A stretch of 16,171 nucleotides of DNA from Pseudomonadota bacterium (GCA_043718025.1 JAYSWN010000010.1:1-16171), one strand, 5' to 3'. Shown: positions 7,863 through 15,186, counted from the first letter of the stretch. Program-made: numbers and translations. Notes: a model not told the origin generated them from the letters alone.

Positions 7863-8657
7863 ATGCGAAAAATATTTCTCATCACCGTGCTTTTTTCCCA
7901 AGTCGTTTTTGGCGTCGGCCCGCAACCGGGGGCGAAAGGCTTACCGACGGGAAAAGTGGTTCAACTCGTAGGTACGGCGAAAGCGGCGGAACGGGGGCTA
8001 AATTACGGTGACCTGGTCTACGCCGGCGAAGTGATTCGAACCGACGGCGGAAGTCGGGTTAAAATCTTGATGACCGACCGCTCAATTATCGACGTCGGTG
8101 AAGATAGCGCTATTCGCATTCGCAATTACCCCGCCAATCTGGCCAGCGATTCGCCGCGCGAGCTTGAGTTAGAGTTGGGTTCGATGCGCACGTCGGTAAA
8201 AAAATCGCCGAGCGGAAAAGGAAAATTTTTTATTCGAACCAAGTCTTCGGTGCTGGCGGTTCGCGGTACTGAGTTGGTTACCACGGTTGGCCGCGAAAAC
8301 TCAAAACTCGACGTGGTGGTTTTCGAAGGCGAAGTTCAGGTGGATAAGACATTGCTCATTGCCGGGCAGCGCTTTAGTCAGCAACTCGGGATGACTGGCG
8401 AAGTGCGTAATTTATCGTTTAAGGAAAAAGATTCATTGCGTAACCTCGCGGTAACCGAAGTTGCCATCGGCGACCTCGCCGCGCAAGGCGTTGCCCAAGA
8501 CAATAGTGCGAATCGACATACCGCGAGCTTAGGAAATTTCGACACTCGACTTTTTATTCCCAAAACAACCAAACACGGCGAGTTTGGCTACTCTCCCGCT
8601 TCGCTGCAAAACCCCTACGTTCCCGTTTCGTTGGTCGTTCGTTTTAAGGTTAACTGA
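7863..8657 (+). CDS. Secreted/periplasmic FecR-domain protein
   Basis: Signal peptide MRKIFLITVLFSQVVFG; FecR-like pattern GDLVYAGEVIRTDGGSRVKILMTDRSIIDVGEDS...FFIRTKSSVLAVRGTE...VVVFEGEVQV; no cytoplasmic anti-sigma domain. Confidence 0.85.
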   Translation: MRKIFLITVLFSQVVFGVGPQPGAKGLPTGKVVQLVGTAKAAERGLNYGDLVYAGEVIRTDGGSRVKILMTDRSIIDVGEDSAIRIRNYPANLASDSPRELELELGSMRTSVKKSPSGKGKFFIRTKSSVLAVRGTELVTTVGRENSKLDVVVFEGEVQVDKTLLIAGQRFSQQLGMTGEVRNLSFKEKDSLRNLAVTEVAIGDLAAQGVAQDNSANRHTASLGNFDTRLFIPKTTKHGEFGYSPASLQNPYVPVSLVVRFKVN

Positions 8658-8695
8658 CGCGGTAAAGGGAGTTCACTTTTCGCGAGCGCGGCCAG

Positions 8696-8723
8696 TTGAC
8701 AAATGATCGGTGACGAACAAACT
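8696..8723 (+). promoter_or_regulatory. Sigma70-type promoter for hslO
   Basis: Perfect TTGACA at 8696-8701, 16-nt spacer, CAAACT at 8718-8723 (retains the conserved A and final T of the -10 box). Confidence 0.45.
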
Positions 8724-8732
8724 GGGCCGTCT

Positions 8733-9617
8733 ATGCCAAAAGAGTCAAAAGTTCACCGCTACTTCAGTTCCGATCTGTTGTTACGCGCGGCCGCCGCCGA
8801 CACCACCGAAGTCGTACGCGAAGCCCAAAAATTACAGGGCCTCTCCCCGTTAGCCACTTTGGCCGTGGGCCGAGCTATTACTGGCGCCCTACTCATGAGC
8901 TCGCAGCTGCGCGAGGGGCAGGCCGTAGGACTTTATTTTAAGGGCGACGGCCCCTTGGGCACCTTATTTGCCGAGGCCACTTACGAATCGCACACGCGGG
9001 CGTACTGCGCTAACCCCAAGGTTGCTCTCAAACTTAAAGACGGCCACCTCGATTTGCCGACCGCCATTGGCAAAGGCGACCTGCAGGTGACGCGCACTCA
9101 GCCGTTTCAAAAACAGCCGCACATTGGCCTGGTTCCGCTGTGGAAGGGAGAAATCGCGCAAGACATTGCGTATTACCTTTTTCAATCTGACCAGGTGCCG
9201 TCGATCGTTTCACTGACGGTGCAGATGAATGAAGCGGGTCAGGTGCTGGCGGCGGGCGGGGTGATTTTAGAAGTGATGCCGGGGGCCACGGATAAGGTGC
9301 TGTCTGAACTTGAAAAAAATGCCGGTAAGGTAAAAGCACTCTCGGAGTTGATTGCGAGAAAATCGTCGTTAAAAGAGTGGGTCGTTCCCTTTTCCCACGA
9401 CCCCGAACTTACCGAAGTGGTTCATGACTTTCCCATCCTCTATAAATGCCGCTGCTCGCAAGAGCGGGTCGACCGCAGTTTAACGATTTTGGGTAAGGCC
9501 ACACTTTCTGAAATGATCTTGCAGGGAGATCCGGCGCACATCACTTGTCAGTTTTGCGGCCGAAACTTTACGGTGCCGGTTTCTGAGATCCGGACCATTC
9601 TCGAAACCTTGAAATAG
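8733..9617 (+). CDS. hslO: Hsp33 redox-regulated molecular chaperone
   Basis: LSPLATLAVGRAITGALLM, FKGDGPLG, GEIAQDIAYYLFQSDQVPS, AAGGVILEVMPGA, and zinc centre CRCS...CQFC (CxC...CxxC). ATG 8733 preferred over ATG 8703, which lies inside the putative promoter. Confidence 0.96.
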   Translation: MPKESKVHRYFSSDLLLRAAAADTTEVVREAQKLQGLSPLATLAVGRAITGALLMSSQLREGQAVGLYFKGDGPLGTLFAEATYESHTRAYCANPKVALKLKDGHLDLPTAIGKGDLQVTRTQPFQKQPHIGLVPLWKGEIAQDIAYYLFQSDQVPSIVSLTVQMNEAGQVLAAGGVILEVMPGATDKVLSELEKNAGKVKALSELIARKSSLKEWVVPFSHDPELTEVVHDFPILYKCRCSQERVDRSLTILGKATLSEMILQGDPAHITCQFCGRNFTVPVSEIRTILETLK

Positions 9618-9623
9618 ATGATT

Positions 9624-10613
9624 TTAGTTTTTGGGAAGGGCGGCCGGGTTGCGCTTCTCGATCACTTCGAAAAGGGTGCCGGCGCCAAGCGAGTAGCTGC
9701 CAATGTGCTGGTCAATTTTTTCGGATTTCCCGTCGACGCCAAAATAGAAAAGATCAGTGTTGGGGTCGTTGGCCATGCCGTTTTCAACCATCTGTTTCCA
9801 CACGGTTTCGTGGTCGCCTAATACAAAATGTAGGATGCCTAGCTTAAAATTGAAGTTGTTTCCGTGCGTGATCAGCGAACCGCTGTTGCCCTGCACAATT
9901 TTATTTTTACACTTATCGATAAACAGGTGTTTTTTTGCGTTGAATTTGGCGCCGAAAAGCATTTCGCCGGTTTTGCGTTTTAGCCGCTTGTGGCGCGCTT
10001 CGATGCGGGGAAGCAATTGGGAAGCAACGCAACGATTGGGCTGGTAAACCATGCCGGCGCGGCCCGGATACCTCTTTTGAAACTTAGGAAAGTGCACCAG
10101 CGGGCTGTAACTCCAGAGACTCACGGCAATGTCAGGCGAATCTGGCGATTTTTCAAAAGGGTAGGTGCGGTAGTCGGCCTCATCCCACATGGGAATCGCC
10201 TCCTCGTGCAGTCGAGCAATGGCCACGTCTTCGTGACCCTCGCCCTTAAAAATGTATTGGTACACGGGAACAATCTGCCGTTTACCGTCTTTTGCGTAGA
10301 AGATGAGCCAAGTCGTAATCGGGCCGGCCTCCGGAATGCAATGCGCGGCGAGGGCCACGAATTCACCCTTCAGGTGCGTGGCGGTACAATAGGCGATCGA
10401 GAATTGGCCAGATCCTTTTGGCGTCAGGGCTACAAAAATGCCGAGGGGGCTGCGGGCCGAGTCACCGACTTTTACCGCCGCTTCGTTGCCGTCACTATCT
10501 AACAAAACCACGTTGCGGTCGATGAACAAGGCGTGGGGAGATTCTCGCTCGCTCACGGTCAACGCCGAACTGAATTGGGAGAACAGAGTTAAAAAGAGAA
10601 TTACGGGCTTCAT
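9624..10613 (-). CDS. Secreted trypsin-like (clan PA) serine protease
   Basis: Signal peptide MKPVILFLTLFSQFSSA; YCTATHL...LAAHCI (His codon 10341-10343, with the flanking Cys pair), EDVAIARL (Asp), QGNSGS (Ser codon 9882-9884). Start overlaps the bactofilin stop (ATGA). Confidence 0.85.
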   Translation of the reverse strand: MKPVILFLTLFSQFSSALTVSERESPHALFIDRNVVLLDSDGNEAAVKVGDSARSPLGIFVALTPKGSGQFSIAYCTATHLKGEFVALAAHCIPEAGPITTWLIFYAKDGKRQIVPVYQYIFKGEGHEDVAIARLHEEAIPMWDEADYRTYPFEKSPDSPDIAVSLWSYSPLVHFPKFQKRYPGRAGMVYQPNRCVASQLLPRIEARHKRLKRKTGEMLFGAKFNAKKHLFIDKCKNKIVQGNSGSLITHGNNFNFKLGILHFVLGDHETVWKQMVENGMANDPNTDLFYFGVDGKSEKIDQHIGSYSLGAGTLFEVIEKRNPAALPKN

Positions 10614-10972
10614 GCAGCTTTTTTAAGGAGCGGAAGATCGCCTACATTAAACTGGGTTTCCATCTGCGCGCCGGGGCGCACTTCAACCCTTGGAGCGCTG
10701 ATATCGCCGCGAATCACCGCTGAACCCAGCACGCGCACTTTGGTCGCCGAGGTGATGTTGCCTTCGACGCGCCCTTCAATGATCACGGGCCCGTTGGAAA
10801 TAATGTTGCCGTGAATCCACGCCGTCTTACCGATATGAAGGGTTTCGAGCGACTTGTGTTCGATGTTGCCTTCAAGGCTGCCAAAGATCTGTGCGCTGCC
10901 TTCGAAGGCCAAGTTGCCATTCAGGCGTGACCCTTCAGAAAAAATGGTGGGGACGATGACTTTCGACCACAT
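10610..10972 (-). CDS. Bactofilin (polymer-forming cytoskeletal protein, CcmA/BacA family)
   Basis: 120 aa with beta-helical repeats TIFSEGSRLNGNLAFEGSAQIFGSLEGNI, LHIGKTAWIHGNI, VIIEGRVEGNITS, VRVLGSAVIRGDISAPRVEVRPGA. Confidence 0.93.
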   Translation of the reverse strand: MWSKVIVPTIFSEGSRLNGNLAFEGSAQIFGSLEGNIEHKSLETLHIGKTAWIHGNIISNGPVIIEGRVEGNITSATKVRVLGSAVIRGDISAPRVEVRPGAQMETQFNVGDLPLLKKAA

Positions 10973-10975
10973 AGT

Positions 10976-11725
10976 TTAATCTCGGTTTTCTTCGGATTCG
11001 ATGGTTTTACGCTCTTGGCTGACGAGCAGGCCTTGCGCATTAAAGAAGTAGATGTGGGCGGCCACTGGCCGATAAAGGCGCCCAAGCTGGAAGGTCGAAC
11101 GGATTTGCAAAGCGCGGGAGAATTTAAATTTCTTCTTATTCGCCTTTTCGATGGTGGCCTCATCGATTCTCTCCAGCATAGCGTTGCCCGGATAAAGTGC
11201 GAAGCGCTTGCGTCCTTCGTTTCCGGGAGTCGAAAGGCCGATGCGCGGCACGTCGGCCTCAAGCACAATTAACGCTTCGCCTTCGGCAATCGCCCCGGCG
11301 GTGGGGGCTAGGGTCAAGAGTAGCTCCCAGCCGTCTTTGGTAGTGGCCGCATCAAAATCAACTAGGCGAAATTGCGGCGAGGTGTGGGGGGCAATTACCA
11401 GGTTGGGGGCGCGGTTTCCGCGTTCGCCAATGGGTTCGGCCTTAGCTTCTGAACCAGACTTTGCGGCAACCATGCGGGGCGTGGTGCTACCGATCTGCAG
11501 CTCGGCTTGAAGCTGGTAGGCTAGTACCCTATCGTTCAGTCGGCGATTGGCTTCGAGTTCGCGAAAAAAGAAGAGCGTGCCCAGCGTCCCGAGCCCTAAA
11601 ATACCGGCCATGAGGCCGGCCAGACGGGCAATTTCGCGCGGGCGAACCCGCCAAGCCATAGGGTGCCCTTGGCCACGTTGAACGATAAGATAAAGCGGTG
11701 CTTCAGGTTTTGTATCTCTCACCAT
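10976..11725 (-). CDS. Hypothetical single-pass membrane protein with short coiled coil and unknown exported domain
   Basis: Short N-terminal segment, TM LAGLMAGILGLGTLGTLFFF, helical RELEANRRLNDRVLAYQLQAELQ, linker, beta-rich C-terminal domain; stop codon 3 nt before the bactofilin ATG. Confidence 0.8.
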   Translation of the reverse strand: MVRDTKPEAPLYLIVQRGQGHPMAWRVRPREIARLAGLMAGILGLGTLGTLFFFRELEANRRLNDRVLAYQLQAELQIGSTTPRMVAAKSGSEAKAEPIGERGNRAPNLVIAPHTSPQFRLVDFDAATTKDGWELLLTLAPTAGAIAEGEALIVLEADVPRIGLSTPGNEGRKRFALYPGNAMLERIDEATIEKANKKKFKFSRALQIRSTFQLGRLYRPVAAHIYFFNAQGLLVSQERKTIESEENRD

Positions 11726-11769
11726 TTTGGGGGACCCTTAGTCAGATGTCGGGGCTGGAAGAAAGTCTT

Positions 11770-11778
11770 TTTATACCA
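11770..11778 (-). promoter_or_regulatory. Possible extended -10 promoter for the bactofilin operon
   Basis: The minus strand reads TGGTATAAA (TGn + TATAAA) about 45 nt upstream of ATG 11725; no convincing -35 box. Confidence 0.3.
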
Positions 11779-11890
11779 ATTCGAGAAAAGAATAGAATGA
11801 GGCGTATTGCTACTTACAGAATAACTTTCTTTCGGCGTTTTTCGCAGCAAAAAAAGCGCGCGGAGCGTTAGGGCGCGGACGGGGTAATCA

Positions 11891-13471
11891 ATGAGAATAA
11901 ATCGAGCCGCTATTGCCGTAGGGGCGGGAATCTTTCTGTCGCGCGTTGCGGGTTTGATCCGTGAGCGGGTGTTTGCCTACTACTTGGGAAATTCCGATGC
12001 CGCCGGAGCACTCCGCGCGGCGATGCGCATTCCCAATTTGATGCAGAATTTATTTGGGGAGGGGGTGCTGTCGGCGTCGTTTATTCCGGTCTACTCCCGT
12101 CTGCTCGGGAAAGGACAGACCGCGCAGGCTACCGAGGTGGCCACTAGAACTTTGGCGTGGTTGTTTGGCGTCACCTTTATCTTGAGCCTAGTCGGCTGGT
12201 TTGGGGCTGACGTTCTCGTTGACGTTTTGGCTCCCGGTTTTGAAGGTGAAGTGCGGGCGCTTTGTATCCGCTTAGTTCGCGTGCTGTTTCCAGGTACCGG
12301 AATTTTAGTGCTGTCGGCTTGGTGTCTGGGCATCTTAAATAGCCACCGCCGTTTTTTTCTCTCCTACTTTGCCCCGGTGGTGTGGAACGGGGCCATTATC
12401 GCCTTTTTAATGTGGGGGGCATCCCCCACTAACGGCGCCCGAGGAGTGGTTTCTGGCGCGGAGCTGGTGATGATCGCCGCCTGGGGAATTGTCGCGGGAT
12501 CGGCGTTGCAGTGGTTGGTGCAGTTGCCACTTAGCCTAAAACTAAACCGCGGCCTAAGTTGGGGCCGTGGGCCGGTGGAAGGGCAAAAGGAGATGGCCAA
12601 AAATTTTGCGCCGGCTCTTTTCTCGCGGGGGGTGGCGCAGATCAACGCGTACCTCGATCAGATCCTATCCAGTTTTTTGGGCGCCCAAGTGGTTTCGTGG
12701 TTTGCCTATTCCCAAACGCTAAGCCTGCTCCCCCTATCGCTCTTTGGCATGGCGATTACCGCTTCTCAACTTCCCGAATTGTCGCGTGAGTCGGGCGTTG
12801 AGCAGCGAGACGAAAAGATTCGCGAACGCGTCGCGAGTAGTCGCGATCGCCTGCTCTTTTTCATTGTGCCTTCGGTCGTCGCTCAGGTGCTGCTCGGCAA
12901 TCACATTGTGGGCGCCGTATTTCAGACCGGAAAATTTGGTCTGCAAGACACTTACCTGGTGTGGGCCATTCTCGCCGGGTCCTCGATTGGAATTTTAGCC
13001 ACGGCGGAGAGTCGGTTGCTGGCGTCGGTGTTTTGGGCCCGGGGCGAAGCCAAACGGCCCGCTAAATTTGCTTTTGTGCGGATGGCGGTCAGCGCCGTGT
13101 TGGGGATCGGTACGGTGTTTTGGGCGGCCGCCCACTTTGCGTTGGAGCCGCACCAGACGGCGGTGATTTTGGGATTGGTCAGCAGCGTTTCTGCGTATGT
13201 GGAGTATTATTTTTTACACCGTGATCTCGAAAAAAAATTACCCTTGCACTTAAGTTACCGGCGCTACGTCCGCTTCTTACTCTCGGCGGGGTTGGCGGCG
13301 GTGGGCGCCCACCTGGTTTCACCCTGGCTACAACCACTGGGGCGTCCCTACCTTACCGGCGGGGCCACTTTGACCTTCTACGGTTTACTTTATTTAACCC
13401 TTACCGGAGGGTGGAAAAGGCTCCGGCCCAAAGTAATTAAGACGCCAAGCGTCACTTCAGAAAAAAAGTAA
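11891..13471 (+). CDS. murJ: Lipid II flippase MurJ (MviN)
   Basis: LSRVAGLIRERVFAYYLG, AMRIPNLMQNLFGEGVLSASFIPVY, GILNSHRRFFLSYFAPVVWN, LPLSLFGMAI...LPELSR, VFQTGKF; 526 aa polytopic membrane protein. Confidence 0.97.
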   Translation: MRINRAAIAVGAGIFLSRVAGLIRERVFAYYLGNSDAAGALRAAMRIPNLMQNLFGEGVLSASFIPVYSRLLGKGQTAQATEVATRTLAWLFGVTFILSLVGWFGADVLVDVLAPGFEGEVRALCIRLVRVLFPGTGILVLSAWCLGILNSHRRFFLSYFAPVVWNGAIIAFLMWGASPTNGARGVVSGAELVMIAAWGIVAGSALQWLVQLPLSLKLNRGLSWGRGPVEGQKEMAKNFAPALFSRGVAQINAYLDQILSSFLGAQVVSWFAYSQTLSLLPLSLFGMAITASQLPELSRESGVEQRDEKIRERVASSRDRLLFFIVPSVVAQVLLGNHIVGAVFQTGKFGLQDTYLVWAILAGSSIGILATAESRLLASVFWARGEAKRPAKFAFVRMAVSAVLGIGTVFWAAAHFALEPHQTAVILGLVSSVSAYVEYYFLHRDLEKKLPLHLSYRRYVRFLLSAGLAAVGAHLVSPWLQPLGRPYLTGGATLTFYGLLYLTLTGGWKRLRPKVIKTPSVTSEKK

Positions 13472-13483
13472 AAATACCGATAA
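13456..13483 (+). promoter_or_regulatory. Sigma28/FliA-like promoter overlapping the murJ 3' end
   Basis: TCAG(13457-13460)-N15-ACCGATAA(13476-13483), 8 nt upstream of ATG 13492; same geometry as the site at 105-131. Confidence 0.5.
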
Positions 13484-13491
13484 TTACTAGG

Positions 13492-14535
13492 ATGAAAAGG
13501 CTAGCTCTAGATCTCGGCGAATACCGCCCCCACCTGCGTGCTCCAGGACTTGGCACGTGGAAGTGGGACAAGAACCTAACCCTCGTTGGTAAACCCGGCG
13601 TTTTGCGCGTGGGGTTCTGGGGCTGCGGCTCGGCATTCGCCCAAAATCAGTTTCAGAGCAACATGGTCATCGTCAAAGGTGAGACCGTGGTCTTCGTTGA
13701 TTTGGGAACCAAACTTCCGGTCAAGATGGCGGAGTTTGGCCTGAGCATGAACGACGTCGATAACGTCATCGTTACCCACAGTCACGCCGATCACGCGGGC
13801 AGCATGGAAGAGCTGGGGTTACGTCGCCGTTACGAATCGCCCCTCACCAAAGCGCTCACCGAGGGCTTTGAGTTACCGCCCAAAGGAAACGGCGAAATCT
13901 ATCAGCGCATGGCCGAGCTTCGCCGCTCGGGCGAGCTGCGCGCCAAGCTTTTTGTTCCGGCCGAATACGCTACTGAGCTGTGGATGCAAACGCTTCGTGG
14001 TGGCATGGCCCATTCCGAAGAGGTGGATTTAGGCGGCCCGAAGGGGCGAATGAGTTTGAGCCACTTCTTCGATCTTCAACCCATGGTTTCTAGCGATAAG
14101 AAGTTCGGTCGCGCGGCGTGGGAATTCACCGTGGGCCAGGGCCGCGACAAGATTCATTTTCAAATGTACGTCAGCCCGCACATTCCGGATACGGCAACCA
14201 ACTTGAAAGAAAACTTTTTCAGCGCCGGAATCATCATGGACAATCGCGTGCTGATTTCGGGCGACACCCGCTTTGATCCTGACTCGATCAATAAATTTGG
14301 AAAAAACTGCGAAACTATCTTCAGCGACTGCCAGTCATTTCCCGGTGGCGTACACGTGCACTACGACGAACTTTTAACCCTCGCTCCCAAAACCCGTAAA
14401 AAGATGTGGCTCTACCATTGCGACGACGGCATGCGCCCCTTAAACCAAAACGGGGAATTGAGCGGTCGCGATGTGGTCAAAGACGGCTTTGCCGGCTTTG
14501 CCGATGCCATCCCCGTTTTTTACGAGTGGGAATAG
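13492..14535 (+). CDS. MBL-fold metallo-hydrolase (RNase Z / class II phosphodiesterase-like)
   Basis: FWGCGSAF, VFVDLG, THSHADH (HxHxDH), PHIP, LISGDT, SDCQ...GGVH, MWLYH; no signal peptide; substrate cannot be assigned. Confidence 0.9.
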   Translation: MKRLALDLGEYRPHLRAPGLGTWKWDKNLTLVGKPGVLRVGFWGCGSAFAQNQFQSNMVIVKGETVVFVDLGTKLPVKMAEFGLSMNDVDNVIVTHSHADHAGSMEELGLRRRYESPLTKALTEGFELPPKGNGEIYQRMAELRRSGELRAKLFVPAEYATELWMQTLRGGMAHSEEVDLGGPKGRMSLSHFFDLQPMVSSDKKFGRAAWEFTVGQGRDKIHFQMYVSPHIPDTATNLKENFFSAGIIMDNRVLISGDTRFDPDSINKFGKNCETIFSDCQSFPGGVHVHYDELLTLAPKTRKKMWLYHCDDGMRPLNQNGELSGRDVVKDGFAGFADAIPVFYEWE

Positions 14536-14540
14536 ATCTC

Positions 14541-14566
14541 AAAAAAACTGACTTACCAGATCAGCC
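14541..14566 (-). terminator. Possible intrinsic terminator downstream of the lipoprotein gene
   Basis: The minus strand reads GGCTGAT-CTGGTAA-GTCAG followed by T7; the stem is short and includes G-U pairs; it lies between convergent genes. Confidence 0.45.
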
Positions 14567-14604
14567 TTCAGCGGACTTCTTAGGCCGTGCTAGCGTGGCG
14601 CTCC

Positions 14605-15102
14605 TTACGGACACATTTTGGCGGTGAACTTACCCCGGACGTAGTTGCCATCATTGCCGCGTACATCGAGCTGCCCTTCGATGGCTTGAGCGTCGCTCTT
14701 GGTCAAACGGGCCTCACCAAAGGCTCCCTGAGTGGTGGCACTTATGTCGCCGCCTTGGTTCAGTATTTTGGTCAGCGAAACCGGATTTCCGGAACCCGCC
14801 TTTACGTCGTACTCACTGACGCTGATTTCTTTCAGGCTAAAACTAACCACGTGCACGGGTTCGCCAACGTTGTACTTAGCGGTACAAGGATCTTGGCCGG
14901 GGGCAATGTCGAAAAGGGTGACGGTGTAGCCATTAAAAATTTTGCGGCGCACGGTGCCGAATGTAATTTTCCACTCGCGGCCCGAAATTTTCCCGTTAAG
15001 CGGTTCGTTCATTGCGGCGCTGTTGACGTCACTGCTTTTTCCGCAGCCTGACAAAATCAAAAATAAAGTCGCCACGCCCGTCGATAGAAATAAATTTTTC
15101 AC
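14605..15102 (-). CDS. Hypothetical lipoprotein
   Basis: GTG 15102 with GGGGGA 5 nt upstream gives the signal MKNLFLSTGVATLFLILSG-C (lipobox LSGC, Cys20); beta-rich mature part with two more Cys (DPC and terminal KMCP). The ORF-track start at 15159 is probably too long. Confidence 0.85.
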   Translation of the reverse strand: MKNLFLSTGVATLFLILSGCGKSSDVNSAAMNEPLNGKISGREWKITFGTVRRKIFNGYTVTLFDIAPGQDPCTAKYNVGEPVHVVSFSLKEISVSEYDVKAGSGNPVSLTKILNQGGDISATTQGAFGEARLTKSDAQAIEGQLDVRGNDGNYVRGKFTAKMCP

Positions 15103-15162
15103 TAGGATCCCCCGGTTTTGCAATAGCGCTACTTTGTCGAACGAATGAAACGGTGGCAAGTT

Positions 15163-15186
15163 AATTTTATACTTTGGTATAAAATT
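15163..15186. repeat. Perfect AT-rich inverted repeat, putative operator
   Basis: AATTTTATAC-TTTG-GTATAAAATT (10-bp arms, 4-nt spacer) between the mutase stop and the lipoprotein start. Confidence 0.6.

Noticed and set aside
7706..8011. 101-aa + strand ORF in the divergent promoter region
   Set aside because: GTG start without an SD, out-of-frame overlap with the FecR gene, no protein-like pattern.
9757..10502. 96-aa and 170-aa + strand ORFs
   Set aside because: Antisense to the trypsin-like protease with a full catalytic triad; no recognisable features.
11746..11773. Minus-strand TAAA-N16-CCCGACAT as a fourth sigma28 site
   Set aside because: Three mismatches in the -10 box; an extended sigma70 -10 explains the region equally well.
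14587..15051. 154-aa + strand ORF
   Set aside because: Antisense shadow of the lipoprotein gene, which has an SD, signal peptide and lipobox; no motifs of its own.
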